DNA from: Escherichia coli
GTDB taxonomy: Bacteria > Pseudomonadota > Gammaproteobacteria > Enterobacterales > Enterobacteriaceae
Length of the DNA stretch: 64,000 bases
Direction: 5' to 3' (one strand)
Assembly: GCF_017348835.2 (NCBI RefSeq)
Contig: NZ_CP071375.1
Made by a program: the position numbers and the translations under genes. The notes under the pieces were generated by a model. That model was given only the letters and a program-made list of their open reading frames with translations, made no database searches and was not told the DNA's origin. Of this stretch, positions 39,653 through 50,219 are shown in pieces. Every line of letters starts with the position of its first letter. Position 1 is the first letter of the stretch.

Positions 39653-39757
39653 ATGGTTTTTGGGCAATAATCAGTCTGTGGTGTGCGTTAGCTCGTGTTT
39701 TTACACCGCATTCTTGCGCTAACCTTATGATCTGGCAGACAACATGGGAGAGACATC

Positions 39758-40618
39758 ATGTGGCAGGCAATCAGTCGTCTTTTGAGCGAGCAGTTAGGTG
39801 AAGGCGAAATCGAACTGCGTAATGAACTGCCTGGCGGAGAAGTCCATGCCGCATGGCATTTGCGCTATGCAGGACGTGACTTTTTCGTCAAATGTGATGA
39901 AAGGGAACTGCTTCCCGGTTTTACCGCCGAAGCCGACCAACTGGAGTTACTGTCGCGTAGTAAAACCGTCACCGTGCCTAAGGTTTGGGCAGTTGGCGCT
40001 GACCGTGACTACAGTTTTCTGGTGATGGATTATCTCCCACCTCGTCCGCTGGATGCGCATAGCGCATTTATTCTTGGTCAGCAAATTGCGCGTTTACATC
40101 AATGGAGTGACCAACCACAATTTGGCCTCGATTTTGATAACTCGCTCTCCACAACTCCACAGCCCAACACCTGGCAACGTCGCTGGTCAACGTTTTTTGC
40201 TGAACAACGGATTGGCTGGCAGTTGGAACTGGCAGCAGAGAAAGGGATCGCTTTCGGCAATATCGACGCCATCGTCGAGCATATTCAGCAGCGTCTGGCC
40301 TCGCATCAACCGCAGCCTTCTCTGTTGCACGGCGATTTATGGTCCGGCAACTGTGCGCTGGGTCCGGATGGCCCGTACATTTTCGACCCGGCCTGCTACT
40401 GGGGTGACCGAGAGTGCGACCTGGCGATGTTACCGCTGCATACTGAACAGCCGCCACAAATCTATGACGGCTATCAGTCAGTATCCCCGCTACCTGCCGA
40501 TTTCCTTGAACGTCAACCGGTTTACCAACTCTACACGCTGTTAAATCGTGCAAGGTTATTTGGCGGTCAGCATTTGGTTATTGCTCAGCAGTCATTGGAT
40601 AGATTATTAGCAGCATGA
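39758..40618 (+). CDS. yniA: Fructosamine/ketosamine-3-kinase family protein
   Basis: 286-aa ORF. Confidence 0.85.
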   Translation: MWQAISRLLSEQLGEGEIELRNELPGGEVHAAWHLRYAGRDFFVKCDERELLPGFTAEADQLELLSRSKTVTVPKVWAVGADRDYSFLVMDYLPPRPLDAHSAFILGQQIARLHQWSDQPQFGLDFDNSLSTTPQPNTWQRRWSTFFAEQRIGWQLELAAEKGIAFGNIDAIVEHIQQRLASHQPQPSLLHGDLWSGNCALGPDGPYIFDPACYWGDRECDLAMLPLHTEQPPQIYDGYQSVSPLPADFLERQPVYQLYTLLNRARLFGGQHLVIAQQSLDRLLAA

Positions 40619-40635
40619 TATGGGTTGAGGATAAT

Positions 40636-40657
40636 GGCCGCTCCGTGCGGCCTTTTG
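40636..40657 (+). terminator. yniA terminator
   Basis: GGCCGC-tccgt-GCGGCC hairpin followed by TTTTGATT. Confidence 0.6.
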
Positions 40658-40658
40658 A

Positions 40659-41195
40659 TTAAATAAACCCAAGCAGAGAAAAGAACACATAACCTGCAGC
40701 AATACAAATAACCGGCAGGATATACAGTGAGAAAAACTGCAGGAAAATAGTATGGTGCGGAACAACAATACGGGACTCAATTTGTTCACGCGTTAGCCCC
40801 TCTTCCCCTTTGGCTTTTTCCAGAATGAGTTGATCTTCAACACCTTCCCGCAAGAAGCGCGCCTGGCGACTCATCCGGGCACCGGAATCCTGCAACGCCA
40901 GTCCGACAAAAATCAGGATGAAAATCACCCAGAACATAACGTTCACGCCACCATTAAAATTGGGCGTCGGGGAGTTATACCAGAATAGATTCAAAAAAGG
41001 CGTATTCGCCTGCATCATATCGATCATGACATGAGTAAAGTCGAGCATGACCGCATTAATGCCTTCCTGGTTTTCCTGTCGGGTATTCATAAATTTCAGC
41101 AAAGAAATCAATGTAGAGATCAATGCAGGTATAAAAATCACCCAACCCAAAATCCTTTTCAAAACAGCAATGCGTCCAGCTTGTTGATACGTCAT
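40659..41195 (-). CDS. yniB: Inner-membrane protein
   Basis: 178-aa hydrophobic ORF. Confidence 0.85.
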   Translation of the reverse strand: MTYQQAGRIAVLKRILGWVIFIPALISTLISLLKFMNTRQENQEGINAVMLDFTHVMIDMMQANTPFLNLFWYNSPTPNFNGGVNVMFWVIFILIFVGLALQDSGARMSRQARFLREGVEDQLILEKAKGEEGLTREQIESRIVVPHHTIFLQFFSLYILPVICIAAGYVFFSLLGFI

Positions 41196-41341
41196 GAGTT
41201 CTCCTTGATTAAGACGCGTCGTTTCACTTAGTTTACCTGTAGATATCTGTTTTCGCCCATTCTTTAAAGGCGATATGATAGGCGCTTAATCATAAGCACG
41301 GCTTAATACCTTACACATAATGCTCTAAAGGAGAGGTTGTA

Positions 41342-42010
41342 ATGTCAACCCCGCGTCAGATTCTTGCTGCAATTTTTGATATGGATGGATTACTTATCGA
41401 CTCAGAACCTTTATGGGATCGAGCCGAACTGGATGTGATGGCAAGCCTGGGGGTGGATATCTCCCGTCGTAACGAGCTGCCGGACACCTTAGGTTTACGC
41501 ATCGATATGGTGGTCGATCTTTGGTACGCCCGGCAACCGTGGAATGGGCCAAGCCGTCAGGAAGTAGTAGAACGGGTTATTGCCCGTGCCATTTCACTGG
41601 TTGAAGAGACACGTCCATTATTACCAGGCGTGCGTGAAGCCGTTGCGTTATGCAAAGAACAAGGTTTATTGGTGGGACTGGCCTCCGCGTCACCACTACA
41701 TATGCTGGAAAAAGTGTTGACCATGTTTGACTTACGCGACAGTTTCGATGCCCTCGCCTCGGCTGAAAAACTGCCTTACAGCAAGCCGCATCCGCAAGTA
41801 TATCTCGACTGCGCAGCAAAACTGGGCGTTGACCCTCTGACCTGCGTGGCGCTGGAAGACTCGGTAAATGGCATGATCGCCTCTAAAGCAGCCCGCATGC
41901 GTTCCATCGTCGTTCCTGCGCCAGAAGCGCAAAATGATCCACGTTTTGTATTAGCAGACGTCAAACTCTCATCGCTGACAGAACTCACCGCAAAAGACCT
42001 TCTCGGTTAA
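41342..42010 (+). CDS. hxpB: HAD-family hexitol/sugar phosphatase
   Basis: 222-aa ORF with HAD motif FDMDGLLIDSE. Confidence 0.9.
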   Translation: MSTPRQILAAIFDMDGLLIDSEPLWDRAELDVMASLGVDISRRNELPDTLGLRIDMVVDLWYARQPWNGPSRQEVVERVIARAISLVEETRPLLPGVREAVALCKEQGLLVGLASASPLHMLEKVLTMFDLRDSFDALASAEKLPYSKPHPQVYLDCAAKLGVDPLTCVALEDSVNGMIASKAARMRSIVVPAPEAQNDPRFVLADVKLSSLTELTAKDLLG

Positions 42011-42122
42011 TGACCAGGGGCAGCGATCTCGCTGCCCCTGGTTCTTTATCTGAATTTGCATTCAACTGACGGATTAATCGTCAATTTAAGAGAAAGAGTT
42101 ACACCGTCACCACTTCCGTGCA

Positions 42123-42156
42123 CTGTATAAAAATCCTATACTGTACGTATCGACAG
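42123..42156. promoter_or_regulatory. LexA (SOS) operator(s) of ydjM
   Basis: Perfect CTGT-N8-ACAG box CTGTACGTATCGACAG at 42141-42156, preceded by a second CTGT half-site region. Confidence 0.6.
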
Positions 42157-42172
42157 TTTAGTGAGTTTTATC

Positions 42173-42763
42173 ATGACGGCGGAAGGTCACCTTCTCTTTT
42201 CTATTGCTTGTGCGGTATTTGCCAAAAATGCCGAGCTGACGCCCGTGCTGGCACAGGGTGACTGGTGGCATATTGTCCCTTCCGCAATCCTGACGTGTTT
42301 GTTACCGGACATCGATCACCCAAAGTCGTTTCTTGGGCAGCGATTAAAGTGGATATCAAAACCGATCGCCCGCGCTTTTGGGCATCGTGGTTTTACCCAC
42401 AGTCTGTTGGCGGTATTTGCGCTGCTGGCAACCTTTTACCTTAAGGTTCCTGAAAGCTGGTTCATTCCGGCTGATGCGCTACAAGGAATGGTGCTGGGTT
42501 ATTTAAGCCACATACTTGCCGACATGCTGACACCCGCCGGTGTTCCCCTGCTCTGGCCATGCCGCTGGCGTTTCCGCTTGCCTATCCTGGTTCCCCAAAA
42601 GGGTAACCAACTGGAACGTTTTATCTGCATGGCATTATTTGTCTGGTCGGTATGGATGCCCCATTCATTACCCGAGAACAGCGCTGTTCGTTGGTCATCG
42701 CAAATGATCAATACCTTGCAGATCCAGTTTCATCGGCTTATTAAGCATCAGGTTGAATACTAA
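42173..42763 (+). CDS. ydjM: SOS-inducible inner-membrane protein
   Basis: ORF track 42161..42763 (GTG); start taken at MTAEGHLLF. Confidence 0.85.
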   Translation: MTAEGHLLFSIACAVFAKNAELTPVLAQGDWWHIVPSAILTCLLPDIDHPKSFLGQRLKWISKPIARAFGHRGFTHSLLAVFALLATFYLKVPESWFIPADALQGMVLGYLSHILADMLTPAGVPLLWPCRWRFRLPILVPQKGNQLERFICMALFVWSVWMPHSLPENSAVRWSSQMINTLQIQFHRLIKHQVEY

Positions 42764-42895
42764 AAAGGCAAAAATCACCTTTCTGGAATAAGCAATTCCA
42801 TTTGAATATAAGAGCCAGCTCACAGTTCTGTTAATCTTGCGCCAACACTATGGCTGCTACGCAGTGATAGAAATAATAAGATCAGGAGAACGGGG

Positions 42896-44287
42896 ATGAA
42901 CTTTCCATTAATTGCGAACATCGTGGTGTTCGTTGTACTGCTGTTTGCGCTGGCTCAGACCCGCCATAAACAGTGGAGTCTGGCGAAAAAAGTGCTGGTG
43001 GGTCTGGTGATGGGTGTGGTTTTTGGCCTTGCCCTGCATACCATTTATGGTTCTGACAGCCAGGTACTTAAAGATTCTGTACAGTGGTTTAACATTGTTG
43101 GTAACGGCTATGTTCAACTGCTGCAAATGATCGTTATGCCGTTAGTCTTCGCCTCTATTCTGAGCGCGGTTGCCCGTCTGCATAACGCATCTCAGTTAGG
43201 CAAAATCAGTTTTCTGACCATCGGTACGCTTTTGTTTACCACGCTGATTGCGGCGCTGGTCGGTGTGCTGGTCACCAACCTGTTTGGTTTGACGGCTGAA
43301 GGTCTGGTTCAGGGTGGTGCAGAAACTGCACGTCTGAACGCCATCGAAAGTAACTATGTTGGTAAAGTCTCTGACCTGAGCGTTCCGCAGCTGGTCCTGT
43401 CCTTTATCCCGAAAAACCCGTTTGCCGATCTGACCGGAGCCAATCCGACGTCAATTATCAGCGTGGTAATTTTTGCCGCATTCCTCGGTGTAGCTGCGCT
43501 GAAACTGCTGAAGGATGATGCGCCGAAAGGTGAACGCGTCTTAACCGCTATCGATACCCTGCAAAGCTGGGTGATGAAACTGGTTCGCCTGGTCATGCAG
43601 TTGACCCCTTACGGCGTTCTGGCACTAATGACCAAAGTGGTTGCAGGTTCTAACCTGCAAGACATCATCAAACTGGGAAGTTTCGTTGTCGCGTCCTACC
43701 TCGGTCTGCTGATTATGTTTGCAGTGCATGGCATTCTGCTGGGCATTAATGGCGTGAGTCCGCTGAAGTACTTCCGTAAGGTATGGCCTGTGCTGACGTT
43801 TGCCTTTACCAGCCGTTCCAGTGCTGCGTCTATCCCACTGAATGTGGAAGCACAAACGCGTCGTCTGGGCGTTCCTGAATCCATCGCCAGTTTCGCCGCC
43901 TCTTTCGGTGCGACCATTGGTCAGAACGGCTGCGCCGGTTTGTATCCGGCAATGCTGGCGGTGATGGTTGCGCCTACGGTTGGCATTAACCCGCTGGACC
44001 CGATGTGGATTGCGACGCTGGTCGGTATTGTTACCGTTAGCTCCGCAGGCGTTGCCGGTGTCGGTGGTGGTGCAACTTTCGCCGCACTGATTGTGCTGCC
44101 TGCGATGGGCCTGCCAGTAACCCTGGTGGCGCTGTTAATCTCCGTTGAACCGCTTATAGACATGGGCCGTACGGCGCTAAACGTTAGTGGCTCGATGACA
44201 GCTGGCACGCTGACCAGCCAGTGGCTGAAGCAAACCGATAAAGCCATTCTGGATAGCGAAGACGACGCCGAACTGGCACACCGTTAA
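42896..44287 (+). CDS. tcyP: L-cystine transporter, sodium:dicarboxylate symporter family
   Basis: 463-aa membrane ORF. Confidence 0.9.
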   Translation: MNFPLIANIVVFVVLLFALAQTRHKQWSLAKKVLVGLVMGVVFGLALHTIYGSDSQVLKDSVQWFNIVGNGYVQLLQMIVMPLVFASILSAVARLHNASQLGKISFLTIGTLLFTTLIAALVGVLVTNLFGLTAEGLVQGGAETARLNAIESNYVGKVSDLSVPQLVLSFIPKNPFADLTGANPTSIISVVIFAAFLGVAALKLLKDDAPKGERVLTAIDTLQSWVMKLVRLVMQLTPYGVLALMTKVVAGSNLQDIIKLGSFVVASYLGLLIMFAVHGILLGINGVSPLKYFRKVWPVLTFAFTSRSSAASIPLNVEAQTRRLGVPESIASFAASFGATIGQNGCAGLYPAMLAVMVAPTVGINPLDPMWIATLVGIVTVSSAGVAGVGGGATFAALIVLPAMGLPVTLVALLISVEPLIDMGRTALNVSGSMTAGTLTSQWLKQTDKAILDSEDDAELAHR

Positions 44288-44290
44288 TTC

Positions 44291-45094
44291 TTATGCTGGC
44301 AACGGCCCGTTTTGTATAGGGGCCGTTGCCTTACTTTTTAAATGTTCCATCGCGGCGATGCATACTGACTCATATTTAAACAGATCGTCAGCGAAAAAAA
44401 TGTCCAACTTATCAATACATTCCTGGCTCAATAAATGTGCCTGTAGCGAGAAGCTTAAAACCTCATACCCGAGACGTTTTCTAAGTGAAATATCTGAAAT
44501 ACTCATAATATCTTCAAGCACACCACTTCCCATTCCCGGAAGATTTAGTGGATTAAAAAGAAGATTGATATTAAGCATTGATATTATCGAAGGGAACTTC
44601 AGTAGATGCTCATTATTTTGAATCGCAGCAAAAATGCTCCCGGCAGGATGTATATAATTTTTTTCATAGTATATAGTCCTTAAATAATGAATAACCAACC
44701 TGTTTTTTATATTGATCAAATTGGTCATTTTTTCTGGGCGAAATACAGAAGTGACATCCATTCCAATAAAATCTTTATTTATACCTCTTATCCGAATTTC
44801 ACTACCATAAAGATTATTAATTATTACTTTATATTTAGCATTGTCCTGCAGATACGTATCAAAACTAAGTGCTGGCGCTCCTGGCTTTGAGGCATCAAAG
44901 TTAATGTTAGACATATAGGCAATCATATAATTAAAATTTGATTCTGCTATTTCATCGCAGTCACATTGACCCGTTGATATAAAGAAAGTGAGTGCTGTCA
45001 TAGTAGACTGCAGCCTTTCTTTAAAAGAGTCGAAAGCCAGGCTTTTAATATTTAAATCACCATAATTACTCTGTATTAAGTTTGTAGAAAACAT
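44291..45094 (-). CDS. ydjO: Uncharacterized AT-rich protein YdjO
   Basis: ORF track 44291..45106 (271 aa); probable start at the internal Met (MFSTNLIQ) preceded by SD-like AGGTGGGAG. Confidence 0.65.
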   Translation of the reverse strand: MFSTNLIQSNYGDLNIKSLAFDSFKERLQSTMTALTFFISTGQCDCDEIAESNFNYMIAYMSNINFDASKPGAPALSFDTYLQDNAKYKVIINNLYGSEIRIRGINKDFIGMDVTSVFRPEKMTNLINIKNRLVIHYLRTIYYEKNYIHPAGSIFAAIQNNEHLLKFPSIISMLNINLLFNPLNLPGMGSGVLEDIMSISDISLRKRLGYEVLSFSLQAHLLSQECIDKLDIFFADDLFKYESVCIAAMEHLKSKATAPIQNGPLPA

Positions 45095-45162
45095 CTCCCA
45101 CCTCATATTGAACCGCCCCGGAAATCCTGGAGACTAAACTCCCTGAGAAAGAGGTAAACAGG

Positions 45163-45489
45163 ATGACTAAAAATACTCGTTTTTCCCCCGAAGTCCGTCA
45201 GCGGGCGATTCGTATGGTTCTGGAAAGTCAGGATGAATATGACTCACAATGGGCGACAATTTGTTCCATTGCTCCAAAGATTGGCTGTACGCCGGAGACT
45301 CTGCGTGTCTGGGTTCGCCAGCATGAGCGGGATACCGGGGGCGGTGATGGCGGGCTCACCACCGCTGAACGTCAGCGTCTGAAAGAGCTGGAACGTGAAA
45401 ATCGTGAACTGCGCCGCAGTAACGATATCCTTCGCCAGGCTTCCGCTTATTTTGCGAAGGCGGAGTTCGACCGCCTCTGGAAAAAATGA
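45163..45489 (+). CDS. IS3-family transposase OrfA (HTH DNA-binding part)
   Basis: 108-aa [19 protein letters not shown]... with leucine-zipper-like C-terminus; recalled as IS629-type OrfA. Confidence 0.85.
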   Translation: MTKNTRFSPEVRQRAIRMVLESQDEYDSQWATICSIAPKIGCTPETLRVWVRQHERDTGGGDGGLTTAERQRLKELERENRELRRSNDILRQASAYFAKAEFDRLWKK

Positions 45490-46376
45490 TGCCACTGCTG
45501 GATAAGCTGCGTGAGCAGTACGGGGTCGGACCGCTATGCAGCGAACTGCATATTGCCCCGTCAACGTATTACCATTGTCAGCAACAGCGACATCATCCGG
45601 ATAAACGCAGTGCCCGTGCGCAGCACGATGACTGGCTGAAGAAAGAGATACAGCGCGTATACGATGAAAATCACCAGGTATACGGTGTGCGTAAAGTCTG
45701 GCGTCAGTTGTTACGGGAAGGTATCAGAGTGGCCAGATGCACTGTGGCACGTCTCATGGCAGTTATGGGACTTGCCGGTGTTCTCCGGGGTAAAAAGGTC
45801 CGCACTACCGTCAGCCGGAAAGCCGTTGCCGCATGCGACCGCGTAAACCGTCAGTTCGTGGCAGAACGTCCAGACCAGTTGTGGGTGGCTGATTTTACCT
45901 GGGTAAGCACATGGCAGGGCTTCGTTTATGTGGCGTTCATCATTGATGTGTTCGCCGGATACATCGTGGGATGGCAGGTCTCATCATCCATGGAAACAAC
46001 ATTCGTGCTGGATGCACTGGAGCAGGCGTTGTGGGCCCGTCGGCCGTCCGGCACAATCCATCACAGTGATAAAGGTTCTCAGTATGTATCGCTGGCCTAC
46101 ACGCAGCGGCTTAAGGAAGCCGGATTACTGGCATCAACAGGGAGTACTGGCGACTCGTATGACAACGCGATGGCGGAGAGCATCAATGGTCTTTACAAAG
46201 CGGAGGTAATACACCGTAAGAGCTGGAAAAACCGGACAGAAGTGGAACTGGCCACACTCACGTGGGTGGACTGGTATAACAATCGACGATTGCTGGAAAG
46301 GCTGGGCCATACTCCCCCGGCAGAAGCAGAAAAAGCTTATTATGCTTCCATCGGAAACGATGATCTGGCAGCCTGA
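45486..46376 (+). CDS. IS3-family transposase OrfB (DDE catalytic part)
   Basis: 296-aa frame in -1 relative to orfA; integrase-core motifs; A6 run at 45481-45486 is a candidate slippery site. Confidence 0.85.
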   Translation: MMPLLDKLREQYGVGPLCSELHIAPSTYYHCQQQRHHPDKRSARAQHDDWLKKEIQRVYDENHQVYGVRKVWRQLLREGIRVARCTVARLMAVMGLAGVLRGKKVRTTVSRKAVAACDRVNRQFVAERPDQLWVADFTWVSTWQGFVYVAFIIDVFAGYIVGWQVSSSMETTFVLDALEQALWARRPSGTIHHSDKGSQYVSLAYTQRLKEAGLLASTGSTGDSYDNAMAESINGLYKAEVIHRKSWKNRTEVELATLTWVDWYNNRRLLERLGHTPPAEAEKAYYASIGNDDLAA

Positions 46377-46695
46377 GTTCACAGATAAAACACTCTCCAG
46401 GAAACCCGGGGCGGTTCATATTGTTAACAAAATTATTATCTCATTTAAATCTAAGTCATTTACAATATAAGTTTAAGAGCGACGCCACAGGATGAACTAT
46501 CAAAAATAGCTCATCATGATTAGCAAAACTTAACCATTTTAAAATAAATAAACAATTAAAGAAAAAAGATCACTTATTTATAGCAATAGATCGTCAAAGA
46601 CAGCTTTTTGTTACAGGTGGTTTGAATGAATGTAGCAATGAAATACAGAATTTCAGGCCATGTAACTCCCGGCAAAACCGGGAGGTACGTAATCT

Positions 46696-46938
46696 TTACT
46701 CAGTCACTTCCCCTTCCTGGCGGATCTGATTTGCCCAACGCTGGGCGGATTCAGGCACAGTAAACGCCGGTGAGCGCAGAAATGACTCTCCCATCAGTAC
46801 AAACGCAACATATTTGCCACGCAGCATCCAGACATCACGAAACGAATCCATCTTTATCGCATGTTCTGGCGGCGCGGGTTCCGTGCGTGGGACATAGCTA
46901 ATAATCTGGCGGTTTTGCTGGCGGAGCGGTTTCTTCAT
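46696..46938 (-). CDS. cedA: Cell-division modulator CedA
   Basis: 80-aa frame MKKPLRQQNRQIISY inside track ORF 46696..46959. Confidence 0.85.
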   Translation of the reverse strand: MKKPLRQQNRQIISYVPRTEPAPPEHAIKMDSFRDVWMLRGKYVAFVLMGESFLRSPAFTVPESAQRWANQIRQEGEVTE

Positions 46939-47140
46939 TACTGGCTTCACTAAACGCATATTAAAAATCAGAAAACTGTAGTTTAGCCGATTTAGCCCCT
47001 GTACGTCCCGCTTTGCGTGTATTTCATAACACCGTTTCCAGAATAGTCTCCGAAGCGGGGTCTGGCTGGTGGTCTATAGTTAGAGAGTTTTTTGACCAAA
47101 ACAGCGGCCCTTTCAGTAATAAATTAAGGAGACGAGTTCA

Positions 47141-49402
47141 ATGTCGCAACAAAACGAAAAGAACCCACATCAGCACCAGTCACCACTACACGATTCCAGC
47201 GAAGCGAAACCGGGGATGGACTCACTGGCACCTGAGGACGGATCTCATCGTCCAGCGGCTGAACCAACACCGCCAGGTGCACAACCTACCGCCCCAGGGA
47301 GCCTGAAAGCCCCTGATACGCGTAACGAAAAACTTAATTCTCTGGAAGACGTACGCAAAGGCAATGAAAATTATGCGCTGACCACTAATCAGGGCGTGCG
47401 CATCGCCGACGATCAAAACTCACTGCGTGCCGGTAGCCGTGGTCCAACGCTGCTGGAAGATTTTATTCTGCGCGAGAAAATCACCCACTTTGACCATGAG
47501 CGCATCCCGGAACGTATTGTTCATGCACGTGGATCAGCAGCTCACGGTTATTTCCAGCCATATAAAAGCTTAAGCGATATCACCAAAGCGGATTTCCTCT
47601 CAGATCCGAACAAAATCACCCCAGTATTTGTTAGGTTCTCTACCGTTCAGGGTGGTGCTGGCTCTGCCGATACCGTGCGTGATATCCGTGGCTTTGCCAC
47701 CAAATTCTATACCGAAGAGGGTATTTTTGACCTTGTTGGCAATAACACGCCAATCTTCTTTATCCAGGATGCGCATAAATTCCCCGATTTTGTTCATGCG
47801 GTAAAACCAGAACCGCACTGGGCAATCCCACAAGGGCAAAGCGCCCACGATACTTTCTGGGATTATGTTTCTCTGCAACCTGAAACTCTGCACAACGTGA
47901 TGTGGGCGATGTCGGATCGCGGCATCCCCCGCAGTTACCGCACCATGGAAGGCTTCGGTATTCACACCTTCCGCCTGATTAATGCCGAAGGGAAGGCAAC
48001 GTTTGTACGTTTCCACTGGAAACCACTGGCAGGTAAAGCCTCACTCGTTTGGGATGAAGCACAAAAACTAACCGGACGTGACCCGGACTTCCACCGCCGC
48101 GAGTTGTGGGAAGCCATTGAAGCAGGCGATTTTCCGGAATACGAACTGGGCTTCCAGTTGATTCCTGAAGAAGATGAATTCAAGTTCGACTTCGATCTTC
48201 TCGATCCAACCAAACTTATCCCGGAAGAACTGGTGCCCGTTCAGCGTGTCGGCAAAATGGTGCTCAATCGCAACCCGGATAACTTCTTTGCTGAAAACGA
48301 ACAGGCGGCTTTCCATCCTGGGCATATCGTGCCGGGACTGGACTTCACCAACGATCCGCTGTTGCAGGGACGTTTGTTCTCCTATACCGATACACAAATC
48401 AGTCGTCTTGGTGGGCCGAATTTCCATGAGATTCCGATTAACCGTCCGACCTGCCCTTACCACAACTTCCAGCGTGATGGCATGCATCGTATGGGGATCG
48501 ACACTAACCCGGCGAATTACGAACCGAACTCGATCAACGATAACTGGCCGCGCGAAACACCGCCGGGACCGAAACGCGGCGGTTTTGAATCATATCAGGA
48601 ACGCGTGGAAGGAAATAAAGTTCGCGAGCGCAGTCCATCGTTTGGCGAATATTATTCCCATCCGCGTCTGTTCTGGCTAAGTCAGACGCCATTCGAGCAG
48701 CGCCATATTGTCGATGGTTTCAGTTTTGAGTTAAGCAAAGTCGTTCGTCCGTATATTCGTGAGCGCGTTGTTGACCAGCTGGCGCATATTGATCTCACTC
48801 TGGCCCAGGCGGTGGCGAAAAATCTCGGTATCGAACTGACTGACGACCAGCTGAATATCACCCCACCTCCGGACGTCAACGGGCTGAAAAAGGATCCATC
48901 CTTAAGTCTGTACGCCATTCCTGACGGTGATGTGAAAGGCCGCGTGGTAGCGATTTTGCTTAATGATGAGGTGAGATCGGCAGACCTTCTGGCCATTCTC
49001 AAGGCGCTGAAGGCCAAAGGCGTTCATGCCAAACTGCTCTACTCCCGAATGGGTGAAGTGACTGCGGATGACGGTACGGTGTTGCCTATAGCCGCTACCT
49101 TTGCCGGTGCGCCTTCGCTGACGGTCGATGCGGTCATTGTCCCTTGCGGCAATATCGCGGATATCGCTGACAACGGCGATGCCAACTACTACCTGATGGA
49201 AGCCTACAAACACCTTAAACCGATTGCGCTGGCGGGAGACGCGCGCAAGTTTAAAGCAACAATCAAGGTCGCTGACCAGGGTGAAGAAGGGATTGTGGAA
49301 GCTGACAGCGCCGACGGTAGTTTTATGGATGAACTGTTAACGCTGATGGCAGCACACCGCGTGTGGTCACGCATTCCTAAGATTGACAAAATTCCGGCGT
49401 AA
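47141..49402 (+). CDS. katE: Catalase HPII
   Basis: 753-aa ORF. Confidence 0.95.
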   Translation: MSQQNEKNPHQHQSPLHDSSEAKPGMDSLAPEDGSHRPAAEPTPPGAQPTAPGSLKAPDTRNEKLNSLEDVRKGNENYALTTNQGVRIADDQNSLRAGSRGPTLLEDFILREKITHFDHERIPERIVHARGSAAHGYFQPYKSLSDITKADFLSDPNKITPVFVRFSTVQGGAGSADTVRDIRGFATKFYTEEGIFDLVGNNTPIFFIQDAHKFPDFVHAVKPEPHWAIPQGQSAHDTFWDYVSLQPETLHNVMWAMSDRGIPRSYRTMEGFGIHTFRLINAEGKATFVRFHWKPLAGKASLVWDEAQKLTGRDPDFHRRELWEAIEAGDFPEYELGFQLIPEEDEFKFDFDLLDPTKLIPEELVPVQRVGKMVLNRNPDNFFAENEQAAFHPGHIVPGLDFTNDPLLQGRLFSYTDTQISRLGGPNFHEIPINRPTCPYHNFQRDGMHRMGIDTNPANYEPNSINDNWPRETPPGPKRGGFESYQERVEGNKVRERSPSFGEYYSHPRLFWLSQTPFEQRHIVDGFSFELSKVVRPYIRERVVDQLAHIDLTLAQAVAKNLGIELTDDQLNITPPPDVNGLKKDPSLSLYAIPDGDVKGRVVAILLNDEVRSADLLAILKALKAKGVHAKLLYSRMGEVTADDGTVLPIAATFAGAPSLTVDAVIVPCGNIADIADNGDANYYLMEAYKHLKPIALAGDARKFKATIKVADQGEEGIVEADSADGSFMDELLTLMAAHRVWSRIPKIDKIPA

Positions 49403-49410
49403 ATATGGAT

Positions 49411-49438
49411 AAGGTCACGTCCCCTGGGGAGTGACCTT
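49411..49438. terminator. Hairpin in the katE/chbG convergent gap
   Basis: AAGGTCAC / GTGACCTT stem; no strong U-tract. Confidence 0.35.
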
Positions 49439-49448
49439 ACCACCTTAC

Positions 49449-50219
<771 letters not shown>

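Larger units (their letters stand above)
45109..46418 (+). mobile_element. IS3-family insertion sequence, IS629/IS1203/IS3411-like, complete
   Basis: About 1310 bp; imperfect terminal inverted repeats TGAACCGCCCCGG... at both ends; two-ORF transposase with 4-bp orfA/orfB overlap; flanking 3-bp direct repeat TAT. Confidence 0.85.

Noticed and set aside
45040-45125. Apparent extra C near 45060-45062 (ATCACCCATAATT) that would put a stop in the ydjO frame, together with an apparently missing G in the IS left inverted repeat at about 45120
   Set aside because: The ORF track shows ydjO as one continuous 271-codon ORF to 45106, and coordinates on both sides (tcyP stop, IS orfA start) are self-consistent. 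The two discrepancies sit exactly at the ends of one 60-base display line, so I treat this as a one-base offset in that line or in my reading, not biology; IS and ydjO coordinates near 45100-45120 may be off by 1.
46419-46695. AT-rich block between the IS and cedA as possible extra IS cargo or a small gene
   Set aside because: Its length (about 277 bp) fits the native ydjO-cedA intergenic spacer once the 1310-bp IS and 3-bp duplication are removed; it has no ORF with start context.
47013-47306. 97-aa ORF spanning the katE promoter and start
   Set aside because: Overlaps the katE 5' region in another frame; rich in Arg and His as expected from spurious translation.
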